DNA of 64,000 nt from Candidatus Ozemobacteraceae bacterium (GTDB taxonomy: Bacteria > Muiribacteriota > Ozemobacteria > Ozemobacterales > Ozemobacteraceae), in contig OZ223236.1 in NCBI GenBank assembly GCA_965140445.1, positions 1,408,001-1,472,000 of the forward strand. Direction: 5' to 3'. The position numbers and the translations under genes are program-made. Below are positions 38,895-48,241 of the stretch, one piece after another (position 1 is the stretch's first letter; each line of letters starts with the position of its first letter). A model generated the notes under the pieces. That model had not been told where the DNA came from and did not search any database. It was given only the letters and a program-made list of their open reading frames with translations.

Positions 38895-41447
38895 TTGAAA
38901 AATAGAAATCGCAGGAAGAGTGGCTCGGCTTATCTAATGGCCCTTGGGGTCCTTGCTGTATTAGTTGTCATAGGCCTGGCATTGTCTCAAATGACGACTT
39001 CCGGTCGTTGGAGCACAATTTTCTCAAGTAATGAAAAACGTGCAGAGGAATGTGCAGAGTCTGCCGCTAACCTGACTTTCAAAGTTGTAAAAGACAACAT
39101 GAATGATTATAGCGCTTTCTGGAAACTCTTCAAAAGTCCGGATAAGCTTTTGAAAAGCTGGTTCATGTATTTTAGATTGCCTGCACCGGTTGCAGGCGCT
39201 TACGTTGATCCGATAAGTTTTGAAAACGCCAAAGAGAATGGTGTGGATGTTCAGCTTGATCTTTTTAACAGCACAATTTTTAAACCCCTTTATGAAAAAG
39301 GGATTGTTTATATGTATGACACCATTTCTCCAGATCCGGAGGCTCCTCTTGCACCTCTAAAAGGCATGTTTGAAGCTCTGGGAGGTCGAGTAAGAATTAC
39401 CTGCACAGCAAGAATAAAAAATGCTTTTGCTATTCTTGCTGATAACCCCGATTACGTGGTCGGTGGTGTTGAAGTGCCGCTTAGAAAGGTTACAGGTTTT
39501 CTTGGAAATCTTTACGACAAAATTAAAATTGGTGCTGCAGATGTAATTTCAGGAGACGATGACACGTCAGATCCGACCGGAGAGCAAGATTCCAGTTCTG
39601 CGGGTTTCCCAAATGTTGATATTGCAAAAATGCTTCCCAATGATCCATTATTAGAGGCTCCTGATATAAGTAAAATGACAATTACTGTGCAGGGAGTTCC
39701 CGTGCCGGTTGGAGCAATTCTGCAAGTTCCGTTGGACAAAATTTTCAAAAAAATTCAAACCCAGTTAGGGCTTACTCCTCAGAAAATTGCCAAAAAGGTT
39801 TTTGGTAGTGCGCTTCAGTTTGAAATAGACTTTGAGGGCATCAATAAAAGAATTGAAGAAGCTATTCAAAATTGTTTGCCCAAGTTTTTACAGGCATTTG
39901 CCGGAAACGCTTCATTCGATGTCACCGTAGAAAAGCAAGGCTTTTTTGAGGTTGTCACGGAAGTTGAATACACGCCGCAATATCCAAATGGGCCAACTAT
40001 CAAAAAGAAACTTATTATGCATCGTGAGTTCCGTGTTGCTGATATACAGCCTATTGCATCTGATTACACGTTCTTTGTCGCTAACTCCAAGTTGCTTTAT
40101 GAGAAATCATTAGAAAATTTTGATAATTGGCCTGGAAATGATCAGATAAAATGGAATGAAGGGATGGGAACGATCGTAATTCACAACATGCCTTCAATAA
40201 AAGAAATTTGGGATTCAATTAAGAACATATTTTCCCTTGATATAAAAGAATTGGCCCGGGATTTAAAGCTTCCAGGTCTGGTGAGGGTGAATGGAACCAA
40301 AGAAATGTTGCTCAAACTAACCATGTTTGAGAAGTTTCCGGTTGGTGCGGATGCGTTGGATGTATTTAAGAAAATGGAGATTGTTGCACTTCTTACTCCA
40401 CATAAAGATGGGAAAACTGCTTGTGCTGGCGATCACCCATCTGGTGGCGATAGGCATAATATTATACCGGGGCTGAAAAGTGTTTTATACAATTTCTGGG
40501 ACAAGGGTAAGCCTTTTGATTGGGGTTACTTTGGTGGCGGAGAGCCAGGAGCAATAGGAACTTACTGGTTACCAATTCCTCCAATGTTTGCTCGAACTCT
40601 GTTATTTGGTAATTTTCATCTTGAATTTCCTCTTTCGATGAGGGTTGAAGGGTATCTTAAGAAGGTTTATACCCATATTCGTTTACTTCTTGTTAAAATT
40701 TACATTCCACCGATCCCAATTATTGGTTTCCTTGGTATGGATATTCCGATTCCATGGTTTTGGGCTAAGGCTCATAAGGAACCATATGGCTTTTGCCAGT
40801 GGCCACCATACAAAAACGATGATGAGGGAAAGACGGCCTGGGATCCGACTAAAAGAGGAAATCTGCCTGCTAATGTTTATTCACCAACACAGTATCTAAA
40901 AAAAGCCAGTTACTTCTATGCCACCTCATCTGATTTCACAAAAGATATAGATAATCGAAGCATAATGTATAACGGTAAAAAGACTTTTATTTGTGATGGA
41001 ATTAGTTTTGTAAATGACAATCTTTGGCTGGACAAGCCTTTGCACGTTATGGGTAGAGGAATTATTGTAGCGGCTGCAAACGTTCATTTAAGCGCAGATA
41101 TAACCAGAGAAAACCAGGATGCAAATGGTAATAATACTTTATTTTCAATAGTTGCCAGAAATGGGGCAATTGTAAATCACTATGGAAAACACAATGTTTA
41201 CGCTTGCTTATTTGGTGATAAGGGCATCATGAATCCTATTGGAGCAAAGCTGACTGTTCATGGCAATCTTGTTGTGAATAGATTCAAGCGAAAAGATTGT
41301 CAGGGCGACCTGGACGTGTATTATGAATCTAATCATTGCAGAAGCTCTTTGCTTTCAATGATCAGACCAGTAGCCAAATGGGACCCGACAAGGTATTATG
41401 TGACCTTAAGCGCCCAGACTGCGCTATTTCAATTTGTTAAACAATAA
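38895..41447 (+). CDS. Very large PilX/GspK-like minor pilin
   Basis: RRKSG|SAYLMALGVLAVLVVIGLAL (no Glu5), A..AESA helix, C-terminal beta-repeat region (GRGIIVAAANVHL, VHGNLVV). Confidence 0.75.
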   Translation: MKNRNRRKSGSAYLMALGVLAVLVVIGLALSQMTTSGRWSTIFSSNEKRAEECAESAANLTFKVVKDNMNDYSAFWKLFKSPDKLLKSWFMYFRLPAPVAGAYVDPISFENAKENGVDVQLDLFNSTIFKPLYEKGIVYMYDTISPDPEAPLAPLKGMFEALGGRVRITCTARIKNAFAILADNPDYVVGGVEVPLRKVTGFLGNLYDKIKIGAADVISGDDDTSDPTGEQDSSSAGFPNVDIAKMLPNDPLLEAPDISKMTITVQGVPVPVGAILQVPLDKIFKKIQTQLGLTPQKIAKKVFGSALQFEIDFEGINKRIEEAIQNCLPKFLQAFAGNASFDVTVEKQGFFEVVTEVEYTPQYPNGPTIKKKLIMHREFRVADIQPIASDYTFFVANSKLLYEKSLENFDNWPGNDQIKWNEGMGTIVIHNMPSIKEIWDSIKNIFSLDIKELARDLKLPGLVRVNGTKEMLLKLTMFEKFPVGADALDVFKKMEIVALLTPHKDGKTACAGDHPSGGDRHNIIPGLKSVLYNFWDKGKPFDWGYFGGGEPGAIGTYWLPIPPMFARTLLFGNFHLEFPLSMRVEGYLKKVYTHIRLLLVKIYIPPIPIIGFLGMDIPIPWFWAKAHKEPYGFCQWPPYKNDDEGKTAWDPTKRGNLPANVYSPTQYLKKASYFYATSSDFTKDIDNRSIMYNGKKTFICDGISFVNDNLWLDKPLHVMGRGIIVAAANVHLSADITRENQDANGNNTLFSIVARNGAIVNHYGKHNVYACLFGDKGIMNPIGAKLTVHGNLVVNRFKRKDCQGDLDVYYESNHCRSSLLSMIRPVAKWDPTRYYVTLSAQTALFQFVKQ

Positions 41448-41469
41448 ACAGAGTAGGGAAGTTATTTAG

Positions 41470-41934
41470 ATGAACCGCACAAACAGAGCTGTAACACTTG
41501 TAGAAATTTCATTAGCCCTGACCATTCTGATAATTGCTATTGTTCCACTTATGCGTCTGTCTTCCGGGGATGCCGTGACCGCGATTGAAACTGAAAAAAT
41601 TCAAATTGCAGAAAGAATCCTGGAAAGTATTAAAAGCGAATTGATGGCAATGCCATTTAAACGTTTTTATGAACGAAGCGAAGCTGAGGGCGAGGATAAA
41701 GAAATTGCTGGCCCCTTTGAATTGTCTGATGGCTTCTATCCAATAAGCTTGGGAAAGGTTCTTGAAATTCAGAAAAAATATAAGGATTTCAAAGTTGAAG
41801 GAACCTGGAGCTATCTTAAAAAAGGTGAAAAAATAGATAAAACGATGGTTCAGGCCGATATTATATGTTCTTTCAGTAGAGCAAAGGTTTCTGATATCAA
41901 AAGAAACAAATCTTTTTTGATTGTTAAACCATGA
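41470..41934 (+). CDS. PilV/GspI-like minor pilin
   Basis: NRA|VTLVEISLALTILIIAIVPL class III signal. Confidence 0.8.
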   Translation: MNRTNRAVTLVEISLALTILIIAIVPLMRLSSGDAVTAIETEKIQIAERILESIKSELMAMPFKRFYERSEAEGEDKEIAGPFELSDGFYPISLGKVLEIQKKYKDFKVEGTWSYLKKGEKIDKTMVQADIICSFSRAKVSDIKRNKSFLIVKP

Positions 41935-41954
41935 TTTTTCAGGAGGGACGGAAA

Positions 41955-43031
41955 ATGAGAAAAAGAGGTGTAACACTGGTTGAAATGATGGTGGGAACTT
42001 TTATCCTTTCCATGATTTCCGTTCCGCTTTATTACATTTTAAAGGAAGCTGGGCAAAAAAGATCTCTGGTTGCCTGCAAAGACTTTGTTAAACAGGAATC
42101 TACTAAAGTTCTAAAAATCCTGGAAAATGATCTTAGCCAGGCCAGAAGACAGAGTTTTAAGCAAACCAGCGACGATGTGTATGAGATAAAGGTTCGTAAA
42201 GAAGGTGACGATAAAGACGTTTCCTTGCGTTATGTTTTTATTCCACCTGATTTGAAACGCCAGTTTGATGGCAAAGAATGGGTTATCAGTAAAAATATTG
42301 ATGAATTCCATGTAACAACAACTCCAGACACACCGGGCCGGCTTGTAGTCAGTTTAAAAACAAGTGCAAGTTTTGAAGGTATTAAAGCCGATGAGGCTCC
42401 TTCTTTGTCCCAGGAAAAAATGATTGTAATGCGTGAAGACGCAGCTTATGAAAGAGATAAACATTGGCGGGACGTCGGTGATGTGAACAAGTTTTTCGCT
42501 TCTCAAGGTAGTTTAATGGGCGGAATAAAGTCTGATGCGAAAAAGTTGGTTAAAGATTTTACAGGTGAGTTTACTGCTGCTGGAAAAGATATTGCAGCTA
42601 TGACCGTTGGAGAATTACAAAAAATTAAAGACGACCTCTTTGGTGGCCTGAAAGACGTTGAATCTAGTATAAAAGGTCTGGATGACGACATCTTGGATCT
42701 GGATGCTAAAGCTCTTTATGATACAAACTGTACTGGCAGTCTTTCCGATTCCAAAAAAGAAAAAGCAAAGAAAGTTAAAAATGCTTTGGCTGCAATGGAT
42801 ACTAAAGACAAAATGGATTGGAACAAGATTAAGGAAATCGGCGGTGGCAGTAGTTTTTTCTCATCTGGAATGAAAACAGATGCGATTAAAGAAATGTATA
42901 ACGCAAAAATGGAACTCTTTAATTCTGGCCAGGAAATAGTTAAACAGATTGACAGTTTTTCCCAGATGGCTGGAGAAAAAGGTTTGAAGATTGATACTTC
43001 TTCGATAAACCGCAGTAAATGGGGAGCATGA
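41955..43031 (+). CDS. PilW/GspJ-like minor pilin with helical C-terminal extension
   Basis: MRKRG|VTLVEMMVGTFIL; LENDLSQA motif; AGGAGG RBS. Confidence 0.8.
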   Translation: MRKRGVTLVEMMVGTFILSMISVPLYYILKEAGQKRSLVACKDFVKQESTKVLKILENDLSQARRQSFKQTSDDVYEIKVRKEGDDKDVSLRYVFIPPDLKRQFDGKEWVISKNIDEFHVTTTPDTPGRLVVSLKTSASFEGIKADEAPSLSQEKMIVMREDAAYERDKHWRDVGDVNKFFASQGSLMGGIKSDAKKLVKDFTGEFTAAGKDIAAMTVGELQKIKDDLFGGLKDVESSIKGLDDDILDLDAKALYDTNCTGSLSDSKKEKAKKVKNALAAMDTKDKMDWNKIKEIGGGSSFFSSGMKTDAIKEMYNAKMELFNSGQEIVKQIDSFSQMAGEKGLKIDTSSINRSKWGA

Positions 43032-43054
43032 CCAAAAAACAGTTTTGATTTTTT

Positions 43055-43084
43055 AAAGCGACAATCTTAGGGTTGTCGCTTTTT
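43055..43084 (+). terminator. Intrinsic terminator of the pilin cluster
   Basis: AAAGCGACAATC-ttag-GGTTGTCGCTTTTT. Confidence 0.85.
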
Positions 43085-43206
43085 GCTTTTTCCCTGCTTG
43101 AAATCATTGATCAATTTTGCGCTTCTGTTTAATTGATTACAAATTCTCCCCCCAATTCTGTTATAATTACCCAATTCACAGAACTTTCCACAAGGAGTCA
43201 CACAAA

Positions 43207-44037
43207 ATGGTATCAATTGGAGTTTATAACAAGTTAAAGGTAACCAGTTGTGTTCCTGCTGGAATTTATGTTGATGGCGTGCAGTTTGGCGAACTTATTA
43301 TTCTCAGAAAAAATGTTATTGGAAGTCCAAAGTCCGGTGATGAAGTTGATGCTTTTCTATTTACCGACACAGAAGGAAATGTAGCTGCATCAATGAAAAG
43401 ACCTCTTGCCATGCCTGGAGAAGTTGCTTTGCTTGAAGTAAAGGCAACAGTTGCTGGAGGCGCGTTAGTAGATTGGGGAATGTCTGATTTACTTTTTGTA
43501 CCAGGCAAAGAGCAGCTTCAAAAAATGCTAAAGGGATATTTCTATATTGTTTATGTTCTTTATGATTCTGAGAGTCAATGTGTGATTGGTTCTACCAAAC
43601 TCGATAAATATCTGACTTTTACGCCTGGAAGGCTTCATTTAAATCAAGAGGTTGAACTTCTTATTTGTGACAAGAGTGAGTTGGGTTACAGAGCAATAAT
43701 TGATAATAATGGCTTCGGCTTTCTTTATTCTCACGATGTTTTTCAAGAGCTGGAAATTGGTGAGAAGACCCAGGGATACATAAAAAATATCCGTGAAGAT
43801 GGCAAAGTGGATTTATATTTGCATAAGCCTGGTTATAGCAAGATTACAGATATTAGCGACCAGATTCTTGCAAAAATTAAATCCAAAGGTGGATTTATCG
43901 GTATTACTGATAAAAGCCCTGCAGAAGAAATTTATGAAATGTTTGGTGTGAGCAAAAAGAATTATAAGAAAGCTGTTGGTGGTCTTTATAAAAAGGGCCT
44001 GATCCTTATTAAAGAAAACGGAATTGCTCTGGTGTAG
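43207..44037 (+). CDS. cvfB: CvfB family S1 RNA-binding protein
   Basis: S1 domains (GALVDWG...LFVP, IREDGKVDL) and C-terminal DKSPAEEI...FGVSKKNYKKAVGGLYK. Start ATG 43207 after AAGGAG. Confidence 0.88.
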   Translation: MVSIGVYNKLKVTSCVPAGIYVDGVQFGELIILRKNVIGSPKSGDEVDAFLFTDTEGNVAASMKRPLAMPGEVALLEVKATVAGGALVDWGMSDLLFVPGKEQLQKMLKGYFYIVYVLYDSESQCVIGSTKLDKYLTFTPGRLHLNQEVELLICDKSELGYRAIIDNNGFGFLYSHDVFQELEIGEKTQGYIKNIREDGKVDLYLHKPGYSKITDISDQILAKIKSKGGFIGITDKSPAEEIYEMFGVSKKNYKKAVGGLYKKGLILIKENGIALV

Positions 44038-44047
44038 CAGAAAGTTT

Positions 44048-44692
44048 TTAAGATTTCTTTTTCATTTTCCTGAAATAGAAATACAAATTTAGTGTAGAAA
44101 CCCACACCAATACTAATACAATGGTGAGTTTCTGGATTACAGGAATCAGATCGACTCTAACCCGAAGGTAATACATGTAATTGTTTACCTGGACCATTAA
44201 AATGCTTATAACTCCAGTCCAGAAGCATAATGCTTCCTTGTTTTCATTAAGTATTATTAACGCGGTCACAATTGTAATGAAGGTGAAAACACTAAAGCCA
44301 ATAAGCATTTGATCATGAAAACTAGTAAATAATAGTGTGGCAAAAATGGTCCCAACCACCCCGCAAAAACGAACAAGTTTTCTTTTAAAAGTGCTCGTGG
44401 GGCAGTAATTGGGAAGCTGATAGAAAAAGCTTGATAATCCGATGCTCAGAAAAACGATACCTGATACAGCAAAAGGCACAGCGGGATTGTAGTTGCCGTT
44501 CATTGCTTCTACATTCATGAGTTCACACCAATAGTTATTTTGCCAGCTATAGCCCACAGATTTAAGATTTGCTTGAGAACCGCCTGGATAAAGTGAAGCA
44601 GAATAAACAAAGAAAACAAAAAACAAGCATATCCCAATTGTTGGAGAAATTCCTGAAACAACAGTTTTTATGGTGGTTTTGAAGTTACTCAT
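44048..44692 (-). CDS. Hypothetical multi-pass membrane protein
   Basis: YPGGSQ...GYSW.NNYWC.L motif, about 6 TM, QK motif near the C-terminus. Confidence 0.75.
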   Translation of the reverse strand: MSNFKTTIKTVVSGISPTIGICLFFVFFVYSASLYPGGSQANLKSVGYSWQNNYWCELMNVEAMNGNYNPAVPFAVSGIVFLSIGLSSFFYQLPNYCPTSTFKRKLVRFCGVVGTIFATLLFTSFHDQMLIGFSVFTFITIVTALIILNENKEALCFWTGVISILMVQVNNYMYYLRVRVDLIPVIQKLTIVLVLVWVSTLNLYFYFRKMKKKS

Positions 44693-44779
44693 ATGGTTAA
44701 AAGCTGCCCTAAACTTTGCACAATGAAAATATACAACATATATGTGATTTAATAAATTCGAATCAGAAATGCTGCTGGT

Positions 44780-44821
44780 AAAAGAAGCGAGCCACACTTA
44801 ATCGAATAAAGTGTGACTCGC
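44780..44821 (-). terminator. Intrinsic terminator after the ArsR-DUF2087 gene
   Basis: Minus strand GCGAGTCACACTT-tattcgatt-AAGTGTGGCTCGC-TTCTTTT. Confidence 0.7.
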
Positions 44822-44836
44822 CGGGCTTGTAAAGAC

Positions 44837-45379
44837 TCATTCTTTTACCCGCCAGTATCGGCTATTCTCTCGTGAAAGAAGATTTTCACTGATCATTTCA
44901 CGTCTTAAATAGCAGTAGTCTTCGTGCCAATTTTTGAGGATTTCATTAACTTCTTTTTCGGAGTATTTTTTATCTTCTTCGAATTCAGTTAAAATCTGCT
45001 CAAGAATTATTTTTCTTTTCTTTCTCTGCACCGGGATCTGCTTCAGTCGTCCAAATTCTACAAAGTGGTTTATAACCTTTTTGCGATAAGAATCTTTGCG
45101 CCCATCTACGATCTCAGAGTCTTTTTCAGCCATAATCAGATCTTTTAATTTACAGTTCAACCCTTTTGGGGATTCAAAGTAGATTATTGACTGTTGCTCC
45201 TTTCTGCTCTCAATTAAACCCGCTTTTAAAAGCTTGTTTGCATGGTGAGAAATAGTAGAAGGTGCAAGTTTTAGTTTTTCGCAAAGAATTTCTGTTGGAA
45301 CTGGTCCAGCAATAATTTCTCTAATCATTTCAAGTCTCGAAGCATCTCCTAGAGCCTTAAATATTGCTACGGCGTCCAT
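44837..45379 (-). CDS. ArsR/SmtB-family regulator fused to DUF2087
   Basis: FKALGDASRL, STISHH..KL..AGLI; C-terminal GRLKQIP.QRKKR, YSEKEVN, DYCYLRREMI. Confidence 0.9.
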   Translation of the reverse strand: MDAVAIFKALGDASRLEMIREIIAGPVPTEILCEKLKLAPSTISHHANKLLKAGLIESRKEQQSIIYFESPKGLNCKLKDLIMAEKDSEIVDGRKDSYRKKVINHFVEFGRLKQIPVQRKKRKIILEQILTEFEEDKKYSEKEVNEILKNWHEDYCYLRREMISENLLSRENSRYWRVKE

Positions 45380-45759
45380 TATTTTTCCTCCTTTTCTGAA
45401 ATTTTTTCGTGCCAGATTTTTACCAGCTTTTCAAGCTGGTCGATTTTAATGTTTTCCTTCGTGGCATCATCAATTCGACCAAATTTGGTTAGCTTTTCTG
45501 CGTGTTCTTGCCATCGGTTTTTTTCTGCTTCCACAAATTCTAACCAAAGCTTTTTAGTTGCATCAATTTTGCTCAAATTTTCATCAATTGAGATTACTTC
45601 AGTTTTTTTGTTTTCAAAACACCTTTCCCAATAGACTTTCCACATTGAAGCTAACATTTTGTTCACTCCTGATCGGATACGATCTTCAATTGAAGCCTTT
45701 TCTGTCTCCTGTTCAGGAAGAAGAAGCTTGAATATCTCTTGCGCTTTTTTCTTTTTCAT
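45379..45759 (-). CDS. Hypothetical helical protein
   Basis: AAGGAG RBS; TAATG overlap with the ArsR gene. Confidence 0.75.
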   Translation of the reverse strand: MKKKKAQEIFKLLLPEQETEKASIEDRIRSGVNKMLASMWKVYWERCFENKKTEVISIDENLSKIDATKKLWLEFVEAEKNRWQEHAEKLTKFGRIDDATKENIKIDQLEKLVKIWHEKISEKEEK

Positions 45760-45770
45760 AAAATTTCTCC

Positions 45771-45816
45771 TTTCATTAATATTAATTCGACATATATCGA
45801 ATTAATATTAATGAAA
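45771..45816. promoter_or_regulatory. Perfect 20-bp inverted repeat, putative operator 1
   Basis: TTTCATTAATATTAATTCGA-catata-TCGAATTAATATTAATGAAA. Confidence 0.75.
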
Positions 45817-45834
45817 ACATTTTGCTCCTAAAAA

Positions 45835-45874
45835 AGCAAGCATTATTTCGATATGTATCGAAATAATGCTTGCT
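45835..45874. promoter_or_regulatory. Perfect 19-bp inverted repeat, putative operator 2; may also terminate pncA
   Basis: AGCAAGCATTATTTCGATA-tg-TATCGAAATAATGCTTGCT; followed by a U-tract on the minus strand. Confidence 0.75.
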
Positions 45875-45894
45875 GGTTGAGCTAGCTTTTATAT

Positions 45895-46560
45895 TTAAGC
45901 GCTGGTTTGAAAGGAGTTTTGAGGGGGATTAGCAGATCGCCCAGAAATTTGAATTTCCCGGGTGGAAACTATTTTAACCCCAGCTTCTCGCATTTCACTT
46001 ATTGCTGCAGCCACGTCGCCTTTTTTTAATTCGACCCCCTTACAGCCATCTTCGATTAAAAAAGTGCTATAACCTAGTTTTGCAGCGTCAATAGCGGTGT
46101 ATTTTACACAATAATCCGTCGCCAGCCCCATTATATACAAGTGTTTGACTTCTTTTTTCTGAAGCCAGTCATGTAAGCCAGTGTCGTTGATCTTGTTATT
46201 GTCAAAAAAACCACTATAAGAATCAACTGATTTATCTTCACCCTTTTGAAACACCTGTGTAATAAGATTACGTTTCAGATCGTGATGAAACTCTGCCCCG
46301 TGAGTTCCTTGAATGCAGTGATTTGGCCATAATACCTGGTCTAAATTATCTAACTTTATTACATCCCCGGGGTTTCTATCTTTGTGGTTTGAGGCAAAGC
46401 TGCCATGATCAGCTGGATGCCAGTCCTGAGTCGCAATAACTGTATCAAACTTTGTTGCAAGAAAATTAGCAACCGGAACAACCGAGTCCCCCTCGGATAC
46501 GGCCAGTGGTCCTCCTGGCATAAAATCATTTTGAAGATCGACAAGTATCAATGCTTTCAT
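45895..46560 (-). CDS. pncA: Nicotinamidase/pyrazinamidase
   Basis: VDLQNDF.PGG.L, TQDWHP..H, WPNHC, KG...DSYSGF, GLATDYCV. Confidence 0.96.
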   Translation of the reverse strand: MKALILVDLQNDFMPGGPLAVSEGDSVVPVANFLATKFDTVIATQDWHPADHGSFASNHKDRNPGDVIKLDNLDQVLWPNHCIQGTHGAEFHHDLKRNLITQVFQKGEDKSVDSYSGFFDNNKINDTGLHDWLQKKEVKHLYIMGLATDYCVKYTAIDAAKLGYSTFLIEDGCKGVELKKGDVAAAISEMREAGVKIVSTREIQISGRSANPPQNSFQTSA

Positions 46561-46615
46561 AAAATTCCTCCCTCAAATTGGCGCATAGCGCCATAAGTCT
46601 CTTATTTATTAAGAA

Positions 46616-48082
46616 TTAAAACCCACGGATTTTTAATATCAGGTTGATTCTTAACTCATTTAGATTGTGCTCAAGTCCAACTGGATATTCGTGAGGGTTA
46701 ACAAACCTTCGAATCCCATTGTGGAAAGAGCTTAGATTCTCTTTTAAGTGTTCTTTTATTTTTTCTAATGATGGAGCTTTATATACGGATTTGCCTTCTC
46801 GTATCACAGGAACCAGCAAATCTTTTAAAATAGCGTTCTCAGGAATAATTTTTCTTCTAGTGGTGTCAAATGGATCAATAACGTAATTTTTATCAGACGA
46901 CTTGATCAGTTCGTCAACAAGCATGTCGGCAATTGCTTCGCCCTGATGGAAAACCCTTTTAATTTGCAGCTTTCCAGGGATTGTGTTTTTTATGGTTTGT
47001 TCTGAGAGCTTTACTTTATGTTTCCACTGATTGGTGGAATCTTTTAAGGCTACAAGTTTGTAAACCCCTCCCAATGCGGGCTGATCATAAGCGGTTGCCA
47101 ATTTGGTGCCCACTCCCCATAAGGCAATAGTTGCCCCCTGCTGCTTTAAGCTTGTTATAATGCTCTCGTCCAGATCATTGCTGGCGCAAATTACCGCCTT
47201 TTCAAAGCCGCCTTCGTCAAGGATTTTACGAGCCTGGATGCTCAAATAGGCAAGGTCACCAGAATCAAGTCTTATTCCAAGCATTTCATGACCGCGCGCT
47301 CTAAGTTCTTTTCCAATTTTTACCGCATTTCTAACGCCTTCGATCGTATCGTAAGTGTCGACCAAAAACATGCAGTTATTGGGCATGGCCATTGAATATT
47401 CGCGAAAAGATTCTTCCTCAGAATCGAATGACATTACCCAACTGTGCGCGTGAGTTCCTTTAACTGGGATTCCATAAATTTTCCCTGCAAGTACATTGGA
47501 AGTGCTTGCGCACCCTCCGATATATGCTGCTCTGCTGGCGGCTAAGGCTCCGTTGATACCCTGTGCCCTTCTAAGGCCAAACTCCAGAACAGGTTCGCCC
47601 TTTGCAGCCTGGCAAATACGAGAAGCCTTGGTGGCGATGAGACTTTGAAAGTTTAAAATATTCAAAAGGGGCGTTTCGAGAATCTGGCATTGAATGATTG
47701 GCCCTTTAATTCTTAGCATTGGCTCATGTGGAAACAAAATGGTTCCTTCAGGGACCGCATCCACTTCACAAGAGAATTTCATTTCTAATAAATAAGTTAA
47801 AAAATCCTTGTCGAAAAGCGGCTTTCCGTCATTGCCAGAGAGGGTTGCTAAATAATCAATATCTGATTGATCAAAATGGAAGTCTTCAAGTAATTCAATA
47901 GCCTGAGCTAACCCACAAGCAACGGTATAACCACCTTTGAAAGGGTTTTTCCTGAAAAAAAGGTTAAAAATCCCCTCTTTTTGGTGATGGCCCATTTTCC
48001 AGTAACCGTAAGCCATTGTCAACTGGTAAAGATCAGTTAAAAGAGCTAACGAAGGCCTGTAGAGCTGATTTAGTTTAAACAT
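46616..48082 (-). CDS. pncB: Nicotinate phosphoribosyltransferase
   Basis: LLTDLYQLTM, EFGLRRAQG, GTHAHS, LVDTYD, RLDSGD, GVGT, GGVYKL. Confidence 0.96.
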   Translation of the reverse strand: MFKLNQLYRPSLALLTDLYQLTMAYGYWKMGHHQKEGIFNLFFRKNPFKGGYTVACGLAQAIELLEDFHFDQSDIDYLATLSGNDGKPLFDKDFLTYLLEMKFSCEVDAVPEGTILFPHEPMLRIKGPIIQCQILETPLLNILNFQSLIATKASRICQAAKGEPVLEFGLRRAQGINGALAASRAAYIGGCASTSNVLAGKIYGIPVKGTHAHSWVMSFDSEEESFREYSMAMPNNCMFLVDTYDTIEGVRNAVKIGKELRARGHEMLGIRLDSGDLAYLSIQARKILDEGGFEKAVICASNDLDESIITSLKQQGATIALWGVGTKLATAYDQPALGGVYKLVALKDSTNQWKHKVKLSEQTIKNTIPGKLQIKRVFHQGEAIADMLVDELIKSSDKNYVIDPFDTTRRKIIPENAILKDLLVPVIREGKSVYKAPSLEKIKEHLKENLSSFHNGIRRFVNPHEYPVGLEHNLNELRINLILKIRGF

Positions 48083-48114
48083 CGAAACATCCTCCCAGCC
48101 GAACTACTCTATTA

Positions 48115-48210
48115 ACTATAGACCTAATTTTGAAGCAAGTCAAAAAACGATAAAGCCTTTTTTGACTTCGTAAAAAGCTGATTGAATAAGGGTTGTAAGC
48201 GTGTTACAAT
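48115..48210. promoter_or_regulatory. Divergent sigma70-like promoters for pncBA and the ABC-F/clpSA unit
   Basis: Minus strand TTGACT(48143-48138)-17-TATAGT; plus strand TTGAAT(48182)-17-TACAAT(48205). Confidence 0.55.
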
Positions 48211-48241
48211 TTTGCGAATCAAAAATAATTAGGATGAATTA

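Noticed and set aside
46579..46593. TGGCGC-ata-GCGCCA hairpin between pncB and pncA
   Set aside because: Only a 6-bp stem with no U-tract; too weak to call.
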